From the IMG/VR virus record IMGVR_UViG_3300036823_000134, positions 1 to 52,176 of that record: a stretch of 52,176 bases of DNA, one strand, 5' to 3'. Source of the stretch: a virus. Its lineage: Duplodnaviria; Caudoviricetes. How positions within the stretch are numbered: the stretch's first letter is position 1; every line of letters begins with the position of its first letter. A program made the position numbers and the translations under genes. The notes below the pieces were generated by a model, which saw nothing but the letters and a program-made list of their open reading frames with translations, had not been told where the DNA came from and made no database searches. Positions 36,255-45,168 of this stretch are shown here, one piece after another.

Positions 36255-37011
36255 TTTCAGTTTCTCCGTTGATGAGTTTCCAAATAGTGGACATAGTTGG
36301 ATTGGCGAGAACCATTGGAAGCTTCGCCGTACGATCCTTGGCTGTGAACTGATCCGTGGATCCGGTGAGCAGCATGCGCGTCTGAACGCCATCGACGTCC
36401 TTGACGTACATGTATGTCACGATGTCCAGGAAGGCCGTAATCTCTCCAGAGAGCTTGCCGGAAAGAGAAGGCAACCTAGTTGTGACACCTGTCTTCTCGT
36501 TCTTCTTGTCCATTGCTAGACAAGTGAATAAGGTGTTCATGGGGAGATCTCGAAATGCACGAATGTACTTGCGCATCTGTTCTAGATTCTTACCCCACTC
36601 ACGCATGCCTGGAATGTCAGGGTCGAGATCGGGTCGACTTTTGACTAGCTCGATCATGACATTGGACATGTTGAACTTCTGCATCTCGTTGGCTGAGTCG
36701 ACTACTGCTGTAGTGTACCCGTGACTCGTACCCTTGAGGCCTTCGTAGACCTCTCTGATTTGCGCGAAGCTAGTAATGCGAACGGTATCGATGTTAGGAT
36801 ACAAGTCCCTGATCGACATTGTTCCGCCTTCGATGTCCAGGAAGATGATCTTGCGAAAATCCGGAACCTCATCGGCGGAGCCTAACAGTCGCGTCTTACC
36901 GACACCACTGTCACCGTATACCATCATGTTGATTGTACTGATTGCCTGACCGGACTTGATCAGAGGCAAGCCAGCAAATCGCTTTGCAGGTGTAAGAACT
37001 AGGTCAGACAC
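36247..37011 (-). CDS. Sak4-like AAA ATPase (single-strand annealing protein)
   Basis: YGDSGVGKT, DIEGG, VVDS, AKDR. Confidence 0.9.
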   Translation of the reverse strand: MSDLVLTPAKRFAGLPLIKSGQAISTINMMVYGDSGVGKTRLLGSADEVPDFRKIIFLDIEGGTMSIRDLYPNIDTVRITSFAQIREVYEGLKGTSHGYTTAVVDSANEMQKFNMSNVMIELVKSRPDLDPDIPGMREWGKNLEQMRKYIRAFRDLPMNTLFTCLAMDKKNEKTGVTTRLPSLSGKLSGEITAFLDIVTYMYVKDVDGVQTRMLLTGSTDQFTAKDRTAKLPMVLANPTMSTIWKLINGETENA

Positions 37012-38305
37012 CCGTAGCCCTCCTGTCAGTCGACATGGGCTCTTGTTCCCAGTAGTGATATTCCTTCTTGTCGAACAACGTAGCCAATGTATATGCTACG
37101 TCCCCTTGGCTATTCGCCTCGAGACATGGTTGCCTGAACGCACAGTTCTGGCAATTGAATCGACCTGGGTTCGGGTAGATCTTCAGATCGGGATCAACCT
37201 GATCAGAGGCTTCATCCCAGATGACCTTGCCCGATTGGTCAAGCTCACGTTCGTTTCGGTAAATCTGGAAGCGGTGGTAGAAGTGTTCGTTGCGTTCCTT
37301 GAGCTGTTCGATAAACTCTTTGTAGAGTCCGTCGCCGTAGGCCTCAGGATCAAGCTCACGTACAGTCCGCTCGTAGATCTCTGCAGTGGTGTCAATATCC
37401 TTATTGACACTGAAGAGCCGTCCGAGCCGCCTTCGCGTCATCGGTTCTGGCTCTATCGGGAATGCCTTCTTCAGTTCGTGATACAGAAAGCCTGCAATGT
37501 TGTAGCCCAATGACCGCAATGCATAGCAGTAGCGAGTGATCTGATCATCCAGAAGAAGAAACTCTTCCTGATCGACACTCAGCTGCGCTGCCGTCTTCCA
37601 GTCTACTATCCAGACCCTACCGTCAGGCCCTTCCACGACACAGTCGATGCGACCGCCGTAAGTAACAGGAAGACCCTTCCAGTCCAAGTAAGCCTGGCGG
37701 TAATAGTCCTTACCTACGCAATGGCGAGCGTATCGGTCCCAGCAGTTGGTACACTTACACCAGAGGATATCATCGACAGCTTGTGCTTTCTGTTCCAGGA
37801 TCGCCTGAATGGTGTCGTTGTCCGGGATGGTCTCGTAGGGGTCAATGATCGGAATCTCGAACTTGACCTCAACAAGGATTGGCCTGAAGCCGTTTTCCTT
37901 GTCCTTACGTCGACCTGTCTTGACGCAATTTTCCAACATCCCTCTGCCGAGCCACTTGCGTTCACGGTAGTCAGCGAGCACTTCAGGATCGGCTGCACCG
38001 AAGGCTTCTTCGTATTTATTGAACTGTGCGTCGCATATCCTGAAGAACGTAACAATTGCCAGTTGGAGAACTACATCTTCTGGCTTGTTCCAGAGTTCAG
38101 GGTCGTACAGCACTTCCATCGCCTTGTGAAAGGCGACGCCGAACTCTAGCGGCTTAACAGTTACCTTCGGGTAGTAGAGTTCCTGCGTGAGCCAGCTCCA
38201 GCGACGTCTGCACCCGCGGAAGCTCTTCGATCCTGAAGTATGTATCGAGTGCGTAAGATCCGCCTCGATGTAAGCATTAATGTTAGGCAACATTGCAGTA
38301 TCCAC
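37004..38305 (-). CDS. Cas4-like PD-(D/E)XK exonuclease
   Basis: FRGCRRRW, FGVAFH, GRID...VDWKT, C-terminal CQNCAFRQPC. Confidence 0.9.
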   Translation of the reverse strand: MDTAMLPNINAYIEADLTHSIHTSGSKSFRGCRRRWSWLTQELYYPKVTVKPLEFGVAFHKAMEVLYDPELWNKPEDVVLQLAIVTFFRICDAQFNKYEEAFGAADPEVLADYRERKWLGRGMLENCVKTGRRKDKENGFRPILVEVKFEIPIIDPYETIPDNDTIQAILEQKAQAVDDILWCKCTNCWDRYARHCVGKDYYRQAYLDWKGLPVTYGGRIDCVVEGPDGRVWIVDWKTAAQLSVDQEEFLLLDDQITRYCYALRSLGYNIAGFLYHELKKAFPIEPEPMTRRRLGRLFSVNKDIDTTAEIYERTVRELDPEAYGDGLYKEFIEQLKERNEHFYHRFQIYRNERELDQSGKVIWDEASDQVDPDLKIYPNPGRFNCQNCAFRQPCLEANSQGDVAYTLATLFDKKEYHYWEQEPMSTDRRATGV

Positions 38306-38330
38306 TTCTTCCTGTGGCTGCTTCTATATA

Positions 38331-38359
38331 AGTATATAGTATTCAATCTTAGAAATCAA
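38331..38359 (-). promoter_or_regulatory. SigA-like promoter
   Basis: TTGATT-N17-TATACT. Confidence 0.65.
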
Positions 38360-38751
38360 GGGAAAGCTTTTGCTATCGCATTTACAAAAGACTCAGGAAG
38401 TAGTTTTTCCCTATTGATCTTGTCACGCTTACGCAGCTCGATGATCAATGGCTGTTCTTCGAACCATTCCTCGTCGCGCTGTTCCAGCAGACGGTCAGCG
38501 ATATCATCGAGAGCGTCCTGGGCCATCTCACCACCATCGTGATGTACGGCAATCATGCACCACTTGTTTTCGTCCATGAACTTGAGCGTCTTCCGCTTCT
38601 TCCAGAGGTAGTTTAGTACATTGGAGATATACTGGGGTTCCATGTCTCTGATGCGAATCTTCCGACCAGTAATGTCGTACCAGAACTCAGCCTGTTGCAA
38701 TGTGTCTGCACGTATCTTACCTTCACGTGCTTTCATTGAATTAGTTTTCAT
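38356..38751 (-). CDS. Hypothetical protein
   Basis: Open frame; start uncertain. Confidence 0.65.
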   Translation of the reverse strand: MKTNSMKAREGKIRADTLQQAEFWYDITGRKIRIRDMEPQYISNVLNYLWKKRKTLKFMDENKWCMIAVHHDGGEMAQDALDDIADRLLEQRDEEWFEEQPLIIELRKRDKINREKLLPESFVNAIAKAFP

Positions 38752-38762
38752 TCTCTGACTTT

Positions 38763-39287
38763 CTAGTGAGCGAATATTGCTATCATCAGTGCGAACCATA
38801 TTAACATGAAACATGTCATTAAACATGTCCAACTTGTGAGGGGCAGCTCCCCGACTCTACGCCAGACTCTACGCCAACTGACTTTCGACCGTGTGGGTTT
38901 TGGGTAGAGCCAGTTCATCAGTTCTGCGAAGCGTTCCTCGTCTACCCAATCCCAATCAGGGTGAAGATGTTCCATCCAGGACCGGAATGCTGCCTTCTCA
39001 TCTTTATTATCCGTATACTTGAAATGAGGGTAATAAAATTCGGACTTTTTACCGCAGTTGCACCGCCACAGCATGCCGTTGAAGCCTTTTGGCTGAAAGA
39101 GTTTATACTCCCAGTCAGGACTGCAGCGAGGGGTGGTTCTTATGATCAGGCCCTCGATATTCGGGAGCTGATTCCGATATTGGAAGTAGGTTGGTCCCAA
39201 GGGCTGTGTACCAGGCATCTCCACGTGCCCATCCTGCTCCTGGTTTGTGGCAGATTGTGCAGACCCACCATCCAAACTTTCGTCCAC
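38763..39287 (-). CDS. Hypothetical protein with a C-terminal TM segment
   Basis: WRCNCG and a hydrophobic C-terminus; start uncertain. Confidence 0.5.
   Translation of the reverse strand: MDESLDGGSAQSATNQEQDGHVEMPGTQPLGPTYFQYRNQLPNIEGLIIRTTPRCSPDWEYKLFQPKGFNGMLWRCNCGKKSEFYYPHFKYTDNKDEKAAFRSWMEHLHPDWDWVDEERFAELMNWLYPKPTRSKVSWRRVWRRVGELPLTSWTCLMTCFMLIWFALMIAIFAH
38889..38902 (+). repeat. Dispersed 14-bp motif copy
   Basis: CCGTGTGGGTTTTG. Confidence 0.85.
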
Positions 39288-39513
39288 GAGTCCATCCTCT
39301 CTGCTTCATGTTACTTGCCTTGACATCACTGTTAATACCACACTTACAAAACATCGTCGGCATCTTCCACATGCCTCGAACGTACGTGGTGATCGGAATT
39401 ATGTGTCCGACTTTGTCACTATCGAAGCCGTGCTCGGAAGCATTCTGCATACCGTCAACGAAGTCGAGAGCATCTTGATCACTCTCGAATGCTAGTAGTA
39501 TGTATCTAGCCAC
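39115..39513 (-). CDS. Zn-ribbon hypothetical protein
   Basis: FCKC...WVCTICHKP. Confidence 0.65.
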   Translation of the reverse strand: MARYILLAFESDQDALDFVDGMQNASEHGFDSDKVGHIIPITTYVRGMWKMPTMFCKCGINSDVKASNMKQRGWTRGRKFGWWVCTICHKPGAGWARGDAWYTALGTNLLPISESAPEYRGPDHKNHPSLQS

Positions 39514-39772
39514 GTCCCAGGATCTCCTCTCGCATCGCAGGGTCAACTCGATCGAGGTTGACCAGGCGCACATCCTTGTGCTGACAGTCACAGAACGAAG
39601 CTGCGTCCTCTTCCTGTAGCCTGAGAAGCTCCACGTCGTACGGTGTACCAATGGTAACGTCCTGAGCTAGAACTACCTGTGCACTCTTACATCCGGCCTG
39701 AGCATGTGCAATGAGGCCGAGGAGTTCGACGTCGGCAGCACGGCGGCAATCTTTGCAGATCAAAACCCACAC
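39506..39772 (-). CDS. Cys-rich hypothetical protein
   Basis: CKDC...CDCQH. Confidence 0.6.
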   Translation of the reverse strand: MWVLICKDCRRAADVELLGLIAHAQAGCKSAQVVLAQDVTIGTPYDVELLRLQEEDAASFCDCQHKDVRLVNLDRVDPAMREEILGRG

Positions 39773-39774
39773 GA
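39761..39774 (-). repeat. Dispersed 14-bp motif copy (minus strand)
   Basis: Reverse complement is TCGTGTGGGTTTTG; overlaps a start codon. Confidence 0.8.
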
Positions 39775-39790
39775 CCTTAGGTTGCAGTTA

Positions 39791-40075
39791 TCAGATTAGA
39801 CCTAGCTTTTGCAATTCCTGGAGACCCTGCACGAACTCGTGCACAAGTGTGACTACAGAAGTTGCTTGCAGCGCGGCAGAGATCTTCACTTGTTCGTGCG
39901 TATTGTTCTTGAAGCCTTCCATGTCGATGATGAAGATCGGTTCCGGCGGGTGAAGTTCGTGACACGAATCGCACGCATGTGGCTCACCCATGCCCATGAT
40001 TAAGGAAAAGCCTTCGATCAGGATAGTCTCCTGTCCAACAGCGAAGAGGTCACCTGGCCTCATCTCATGACTCAT
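39791..40075 (-). CDS. Hypothetical protein
   Basis: Start overlaps the helicase stop; RBS GGGGAG. Confidence 0.65.
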   Translation of the reverse strand: MSHEMRPGDLFAVGQETILIEGFSLIMGMGEPHACDSCHELHPPEPIFIIDMEGFKNNTHEQVKISAALQATSVVTLVHEFVQGLQELQKLGLI

Positions 40076-41568
40076 CAGATCTCCCCAAGGAGTTGTCGAA
40101 TCGTCTTCCACTTCAGTGCTATCTGTTGGAGTCGGCCGCGGTCAACAGTGTTCGTAGCGACGAGGTCGATGATGTGTACAGCGTTTTTCTGACCAACTCG
40201 GTGACAGCGATCTTCCGCTTGACGGTTTTTCGAAGGCGACCAGTCACGGTCAGTGAATACCATTGTGCGTGCTCGTGTGAGTGTAATTCCTTCTCCACCC
40301 GCACGGATTGTTCCTGCAAAGATTCGTATGGTGCCGAGTTGGAAGTCTCGTACTATAGCATCTCGAATCGGCTTCGGAGTGTCTCCAGTGTACACCCCAT
40401 GACTGATTTCCGATCGTACGAGGCGCTCAGCGAGTAGGTTGATAACCTGTTTGAATTGCGAAAAGACAACGATGCTCTCATTGGGGTTGTCCTCAATGAT
40501 TTGCATTAGGGTGTCCAGCTTGGAGCTGGGCTCGACCATTCGGTATACCTTGATGGGCACCTTGTACGGTTGTCCAACTTCTATCATGTTACCTTGACGC
40601 GCTGCGACTCGTACGTCAGCTTCGTTGTAGTGCTGCGTCTTGAAGCCGTCAACCAAGTCCATGTGTGTCAGAGCAAACTGTTGCAGCCTCATCAGTCTGC
40701 TAATAGCTACTGGAGCTGCAAGTGGTTTGTCTTCGTTCTCTCCGACCCAGGCAAGCATCTTCGACTTCATGTCGTTGTATGCCTTACGCTGCTTAGGACT
40801 GAGTTGAATATGGTACTCGGTGTACTGCTTGTCAGGCAGCTCTGGAAGGACTTGGTCCTTCATCCGCCTGATGTAGAACGGTTTGATATCATTCAGGAAC
40901 TGTGGAACGTTCTTTACACCCTTGACGATACGATAGCCACCCTTGGGATGTGTATCCCAGAGAATGTGCTCGTTGTAGAATCGCCAGTACGAAGTGTACT
41001 TCTTCGGCCACAACCAGTTGAGGATCGACCAGATGTCGTGCGGCTTATCCTCTGCTGGCGTACCCGTACATGCTGTCTTGTTGTCGGCACGAATGCGCTT
41101 GAGTGCCTGAGTCATCTGTGCTTTACGATTCTTTGCACGGTGTGCCTCGTCGGCAATCACGTGGAACCACTGACGCTTGTTCAGGCCAGGCATCAGTCGT
41201 AGTGAATCCCAGTGCACGATGTACACGTCGACGTTCTGCTTGAAGAGGTCATTGCGATCCTTGGGGTCAAGAACCGCAACAGTTAGTTCAGGTGCCCACT
41301 CTGCGAAGTGCTCTCGCCAAACGTCCAGGACGCTAAGAGGTGCTACGACTAGAGTTCGCTTCTTAGCTGCCGGAGTCTGTTGGCGCTTTATCTTGTCCAA
41401 GAGAACGGCCTCGACTGTTTTCCCAAGTCCCATATCGTCGCCGATTAGTACGTTTGCTACCTTGGTCATCCGTTCCACGCACTGCACTTGGAACGGGAAC
41501 GCAATCTTCCCGGTTCTCGATGTTAACTGCGACTTCGTAATGCCTGATGTTGCACCACGGGAAAACAA
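40075..41568 (-). CDS. SNF2-family (DEAH) helicase
   Basis: DDMGLGKT, IADEAH, TGTP, VFSQF, GEGITL, QAEDRCHRVGQ; start uncertain (TTG at 41568 proposed). Confidence 0.92.
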   Translation of the reverse strand: MFSRGATSGITKSQLTSRTGKIAFPFQVQCVERMTKVANVLIGDDMGLGKTVEAVLLDKIKRQQTPAAKKRTLVVAPLSVLDVWREHFAEWAPELTVAVLDPKDRNDLFKQNVDVYIVHWDSLRLMPGLNKRQWFHVIADEAHRAKNRKAQMTQALKRIRADNKTACTGTPAEDKPHDIWSILNWLWPKKYTSYWRFYNEHILWDTHPKGGYRIVKGVKNVPQFLNDIKPFYIRRMKDQVLPELPDKQYTEYHIQLSPKQRKAYNDMKSKMLAWVGENEDKPLAAPVAISRLMRLQQFALTHMDLVDGFKTQHYNEADVRVAARQGNMIEVGQPYKVPIKVYRMVEPSSKLDTLMQIIEDNPNESIVVFSQFKQVINLLAERLVRSEISHGVYTGDTPKPIRDAIVRDFQLGTIRIFAGTIRAGGEGITLTRARTMVFTDRDWSPSKNRQAEDRCHRVGQKNAVHIIDLVATNTVDRGRLQQIALKWKTIRQLLGEI

Positions 41569-41707
41569 TGCGATCACCCCACTCGGGCGTGTTAGGACGA
41601 ATAATGAGACCAATCGGTGCTGGTCGCCAAGAGTAATACTTGACGCCCCCGACCGTGTATGCGAGCGTCTCACCGTCCATGAAGACGATTGTTAGTTCAG
41701 CCGACAT
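41363..41707 (-). CDS. Hypothetical protein (3' part overlaps the helicase)
   Basis: N-terminal ~60 aa look coding. Confidence 0.5.
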   Translation of the reverse strand: MSAELTIVFMDGETLAYTVGGVKYYSWRPAPIGLIIRPNTPEWGDRIVFPWCNIRHYEVAVNIENREDCVPVPSAVRGTDDQGSKRTNRRRYGTWENSRGRSLGQDKAPTDSGS

Positions 41708-41909
41708 CTTCGACCTTCACTTCTGCACTACCCTTGACAACGTCGTCGATCTCGATCCCGATTTCGTTGCCATCCAGGTAGTAGAAGTACTCACCTTCAT
41801 TCAAGTCTTCCTTGAGGAGAGCCAGCTTCTCGTTCAGCCTCTTGGTCATCTCGGTCGGCTCGAGATCGGAGCTCACTACGAAGGTGATCGTGATTCGCTT
41901 GTCAGCCAT
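41697..41909 (-). CDS. Hypothetical protein
   Basis: RBS GGAG; packed operon. Confidence 0.65.
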   Translation of the reverse strand: MADKRITITFVVSSDLEPTEMTKRLNEKLALLKEDLNEGEYFYYLDGNEIGIEIDDVVKGSAEVKVEDVG

Positions 41910-42183
41910 TGATGTCATCTCCCATGATTCGTGCGATCATGTCGTCGGCACTCTCGTACGGGTCGACATTTCTGCCCGCGTTCTTGATTTCGAGTTCCAG
42001 AACCTTTTCGGCTGAAATCGTCAAGGCGAAGTTACGTCCGAGTGCTGCGTTCACATCGCTCAGCCACATCTCTTCAGCCTTCTTCTGGTTCTCCCGCTTC
42101 TTCTGGAGTGCCTTCAGTTTTGCGATCTTCACCTGAAGTGCTACCTGTTCCGGATTCCTCGGTACTACTATCGCCTTTGGCAA
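41902..42183 (-). CDS. Hypothetical protein
   Basis: 93 aa, helical. Confidence 0.6.
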   Translation of the reverse strand: MPKAIVVPRNPEQVALQVKIAKLKALQKKRENQKKAEEMWLSDVNAALGRNFALTISAEKVLELEIKNAGRNVDPYESADDMIARIMGDDING

Positions 42184-42424
42184 GAATCAGCTCTCCAATG
42201 TCATGCCCAAAGTTCGGGCAAAGCCAACGTAGTCTAATCGGGTCTCTGTCGAAATCGTACGCTATCTTACATACCATGTATCCGTGTCGCTGCTTGCACC
42301 GGCGACACCAGGGTCCATCTTCCTTCAGCTCTGCACCTGTATACAGACTGCTGAAAGATGCACCCTGGTGACGACGTCTCCGCCGATAGACTTTCCTACC
42401 GGCGGAGAAAGCTTCGTCACTCAC
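42074..42424 (-). CDS. Zn-finger-like hypothetical protein
   Basis: WCRRC...WLCP. Confidence 0.5.
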   Translation of the reverse strand: MSDEAFSAGRKVYRRRRRHQGASFSSLYTGAELKEDGPWCRRCKQRHGYMVCKIAYDFDRDPIRLRWLCPNFGHDIGELILAKGDSSTEESGTGSTSGEDRKTEGTPEEAGEPEEG

Positions 42425-42732
42425 GGCGTGATTGGTCCCTTGTCGGTAAACCTAACCGGATACTCTTCGTCCATCGCCTCACGGTCAAGATACTCCTCAA
42501 GGCGAGCTCTGCAGCGCTCTAGATTGCGCTCCGCTCCTAGAACATCTCGAACGCGTTCGTACTCCGGGCAGTAGCATGATGTGCTATAGTCGGTGTTACA
42601 CACACAGTTGAAGTTACGTGCGAGTAGGTGTTCGAACCATTCCTTGTCGATTTTGAAGAATTCTAGAACACGTTCGACGTCTTCAGCTTCCAGCGTTGGC
42701 CATTCCTTGATCTTCTTCGTCGCTAGAGTCAT
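42421..42732 (-). CDS. Hypothetical Cys-rich protein
   Basis: NCVCN...SCYCP. Confidence 0.6.
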   Translation of the reverse strand: MTLATKKIKEWPTLEAEDVERVLEFFKIDKEWFEHLLARNFNCVCNTDYSTSCYCPEYERVRDVLGAERNLERCRARLEEYLDREAMDEEYPVRFTDKGPITP

Positions 42733-42964
42733 TAGACTGCACACCCTTCTTGAAGATCTGATCTGCCTCTGCGATCACGATCACGCGGCGTCCACATTCA
42801 CACGTACGTGTCTTTAGCTTTCCTGTTCGGATGTAGTAGTAAACCATCTGCGGACGAATGCCATGAGTCTTGGCGTAATCGACCGGTGAGGCAAGTGTTT
42901 GCAAGGAGACACGATCTGCACGTTCGTCCTCCTCCATTGCCGCCAGAAGCTCGTCAGTGTTCAT
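42683..42964 (-). CDS. HTH DNA-binding protein (Xis/MerR-like), paralog 1
   Basis: SPVDYAK...IRPQMVYYYIRTGKL. Confidence 0.7.
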   Translation of the reverse strand: MNTDELLAAMEEDERADRVSLQTLASPVDYAKTHGIRPQMVYYYIRTGKLKTRTCECGRRVIVIAEADQIFKKGVQSNDSSDEEDQGMANAGS

Positions 42965-43205
42965 CCGGAAACATCTCTTCGATTGTATCCGGAAGATCGC
43001 TGAGTTCAGCTCCTCCCACTTCACGGATCTTCGTCTCGACACGGCGAATGTTCTCGCGATCCTTCTTGATGATCTCGAGTGAGTACTTCGTGTCAGGATC
43101 GTTGATCTCTGCGAGCTCCTCTTCTGAAGTGCCCCAGTCGATGTCGCTTTGCGCGAGAGAGCGAAGGGTGCTCGAAGCTTCCTCTGATGTCAAATTGATA
43201 TCCAT
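42954..43205 (-). CDS. Hypothetical acidic protein
   Basis: RBS AGGAGG; downstream of a promoter. Confidence 0.7.
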   Translation of the reverse strand: MDINLTSEEASSTLRSLAQSDIDWGTSEEELAEINDPDTKYSLEIIKKDRENIRRVETKIREVGGAELSDLPDTIEEMFPDEH

Positions 43206-43223
43206 CTTACCTCCTCTCCTTTA

Positions 43224-43253
43224 ATTATATAGCGGAATCTCGCTTGACATCAA
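43224..43253 (-). promoter_or_regulatory. SigA-like promoter
   Basis: TTGATG-N18-TATAAT. Confidence 0.75.
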
Positions 43254-43383
43254 GTCCCAGACGGCGTCTCACCTTCGGGTCAAACCAGTCATCGGTAGCG
43301 ACAACGTGATCTAGCTTTTTCAGACATCTGAACCACAGCCGTGTGGGTTTTTTATCTGAAAGGAATACTCGCACCCTTCGCAT
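43225..43383 (-). CDS. Small basic hypothetical protein (52 aa)
   Basis: Not in the ORF track; RBS AGGAG; MRRVRVFLSDKKPTRLW... Confidence 0.5.
   Translation of the reverse strand: MRRVRVFLSDKKPTRLWFRCLKKLDHVVATDDWFDPKVRRRLGLDVKRDSAI
43339..43352 (+). repeat. Dispersed 14-bp motif copy
   Basis: CCGTGTGGGTTTTT. Confidence 0.8.
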
Positions 43384-43405
43384 TGAAAAACTCCTAGTAG
43401 CTCAA

Positions 43406-43518
43406 CTTAGTAGACTTAGTGATAGACCAAGTCTAAACGGGGTCTACTCGATTTTTCCCCTAGCTCTCGTACTCATCTAACGGGCATGATCCTTCACTTG
43501 TTAGACTTTCAGAGACTT
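43406..43518 (-). repeat. ~112-bp intergenic element, copy C (inverted)
   Basis: Reverse complement is AAGTCTCTGAAAGTCTAACAAGTGAAGGATCATGCCC...TAGACTTGGTCTATCACTAAGTCTAC. Confidence 0.85.
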
Positions 43519-43826
43519 GTGTCTTCCGTTAGTCCGTTTGCGGCATCGATGATCTCATAGGCAACACGAATCGGTACATCATTAAACATTACTTCATGCT
43601 GGCGAACAGCTTGGGCGAGATCGGCGAATAGCACTACGAGTGCTCCAGCAGTGTTAGGCATGTTTGGAAATACCTTGTTGACTAAGCCTGCAGCCTCCTT
43701 CAGTACCTCGATTGCGCCTGCGTCCTTTGCTGCGCTGTTCATCGATTCCAGTAAGTTATCCTTGGCGTCCTGCAGAATTTTGATCTGCGGATCCATTGAG
43801 TTCACTGCCAACTTCCCTTCTTGCAT
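43509..43826 (-). CDS. Hypothetical protein
   Basis: Helical, ~95-105 aa. Confidence 0.6.
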   Translation of the reverse strand: MQEGKLAVNSMDPQIKILQDAKDNLLESMNSAAKDAGAIEVLKEAAGLVNKVFPNMPNTAGALVVLFADLAQAVRQHEVMFNDVPIRVAYEIIDAANGLTEDTSL

Positions 43827-43968
43827 CTAGCACCATGTGTACGACCTGACCTAGTTCTCCAAGCGTAAGGCCCTGGAGAGTCCGGAAGCGCGCATCGCCA
43901 ACCATCTTCGGAACGATTCGTTCGACCAGCTCACGTCTTGTAATGGCCACGATGTTCCTCGTTTCCAC
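43756..43968 (-). CDS. Hypothetical protein
   Basis: 70 aa. Confidence 0.5.
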   Translation of the reverse strand: METRNIVAITRRELVERIVPKMVGDARFRTLQGLTLGELGQVVHMVLDARREVGSELNGSADQNSAGRQG

Positions 43969-44299
43969 TGTCGCTGTTGAACGGCTTTGTCGTCAACAGC
44001 GACGGTGCCTTTTTGAACTCTGACTCCTGCGAAATCGGATCCAGGCCAAGCGCTTCCATGAGCTCCGCAGCACAACCCACAGGGTCGTTGCTATCCAAAA
44101 CATGCTTCGAGCCGCAGATGTTCAGGCGAGCGTGCAAGAGGGTGTCGTCGTCCAGCTTGGGAACACCCTCAGATACGATTGGAACGTTTGCGAGAAACAC
44201 GTCTGCTTTCTTCACCAATTTGGTCTGACCCACCGGAGTGCCATTTCTAGAAGCTCGCATACCTTCAGAGCGGATCGTATTGAAACGGTTGACTCTCAC
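43931..44299 (-). CDS. Hypothetical protein
   Basis: 122 aa; start overlaps the upstream stop. Confidence 0.6.
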   Translation of the reverse strand: MRVNRFNTIRSEGMRASRNGTPVGQTKLVKKADVFLANVPIVSEGVPKLDDDTLLHARLNICGSKHVLDSNDPVGCAAELMEALGLDPISQESEFKKAPSLLTTKPFNSDSGNEEHRGHYKT

Positions 44300-44625
44300 C
44301 TAACTTCTCCACCACCTCGTGTGTCAGCGTCGAGAATCCTTTGGCCCTGCTCTAGTGCGGCCTTGTTCCTCTGGTTGAACAGCAACGGATTGATCCGAGG
44401 GTACATCCGCTCCTCGCGATCGTCAGGCTTACGGTCTCGCGCCTCGGGAACTGAACCGTCGGGATTGATCTGAACAGCCCATCCGGTGTTGAACCAGCGG
44501 CACTTGTCGTTACGACAGAGTAGCGTAGCGACCTTGTAGCCAGGCTTCTTACCAGGCAATCTATTAACTTCTTCGCCTGGCAAGTCACAGCGCGGGCATC
44601 GAGATGCATCTTCCCAACTAGCCAT
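44296..44625 (-). CDS. Zn-ribbon hypothetical protein
   Basis: CPRC...CRNDKC. Confidence 0.7.
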   Translation of the reverse strand: MASWEDASRCPRCDLPGEEVNRLPGKKPGYKVATLLCRNDKCRWFNTGWAVQINPDGSVPEARDRKPDDREERMYPRINPLLFNQRNKAALEQGQRILDADTRGGGEVR

Positions 44626-45049
44626 CCAACTCAACACCTTTGGCAAGCAAGTCGTACAGTCGATCGACACGGCTAGACAACCGAATGACTCGATCTTCAA
44701 TTTCATCCATGCGTGTCAACTTCTTTGTTTGCACCATCTTAGGGCCTTCGAATAGCTCTAGTGTAGGCTCATGAAGAAGCTCCCACTGGCTAGGTGTCGA
44801 AGACCCGCCGCGTCGTAACTGTTCGACGCAGCCCATTGCTTCAAGTGCCTTGAGAATCTTCGTGTAGTAGGGAACAGACAGACTCAGCTCGTCTCGAATA
44901 ACGTGCGTCATGAAGCCAGTCCACACTACGCGCTCGTTGCGATTGTCATCCTTGATGATGTCACTCTTAGAGCGCAGAAACTGATACGCTCGTACACAAT
45001 GATTGAACAGCATCACTGGGGGAGAATCGGTCTCCGTCATGGTCATCAC
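44618..45049 (-). CDS. Winged-helix DNA-binding protein (possible transcription regulator)
   Basis: LSVPYYTKILKALEAMGCVEQLRRGG wHTH-like pattern plus a coiled-coil tail; RBS GAGGAGG. Confidence 0.6.
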   Translation of the reverse strand: MMTMTETDSPPVMLFNHCVRAYQFLRSKSDIIKDDNRNERVVWTGFMTHVIRDELSLSVPYYTKILKALEAMGCVEQLRRGGSSTPSQWELLHEPTLELFEGPKMVQTKKLTRMDEIEDRVIRLSSRVDRLYDLLAKGVELDG

Positions 45050-45063
45050 CTCCTCTATATCTA

Positions 45064-45093
45064 ATTATATAGTAGTCATTACTGTGAAGTCAA
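45064..45093 (-). promoter_or_regulatory. SigA-like promoter
   Basis: TTGACT-N18-TATAAT. Confidence 0.8.
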
Positions 45094-45100
45094 CGGGGTA

Positions 45101-45134
45101 TAAAACTAGCCCGTACGGACTTGTACGGGCTAGT
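45101..45134 (-). terminator. Rho-independent terminator
   Basis: ACTAGCCCGTAC/GTACGGGCTAGT 12-bp stem followed by a T tract on the minus strand. Confidence 0.9.
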
Positions 45135-45168
45135 AAGTGACTTGCAACGGACTCGTTATTGTCACTCG

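Noticed and set aside
37004-38305. Cas4 as a sign of a CRISPR system
   Set aside because: No repeat-spacer array or other cas genes; the Sak4/SSB context indicates a recombination exonuclease
45135-45167. HDV-like (theta) ribozyme 3' of the tRNA-like RNA (7-bp GAGUGAC/GUCACUU stem starting with G-U)
   Set aside because: No P3/L3, P2 partner or catalytic J4/2 strand could be found; it reads as a simple two-tier hairpin
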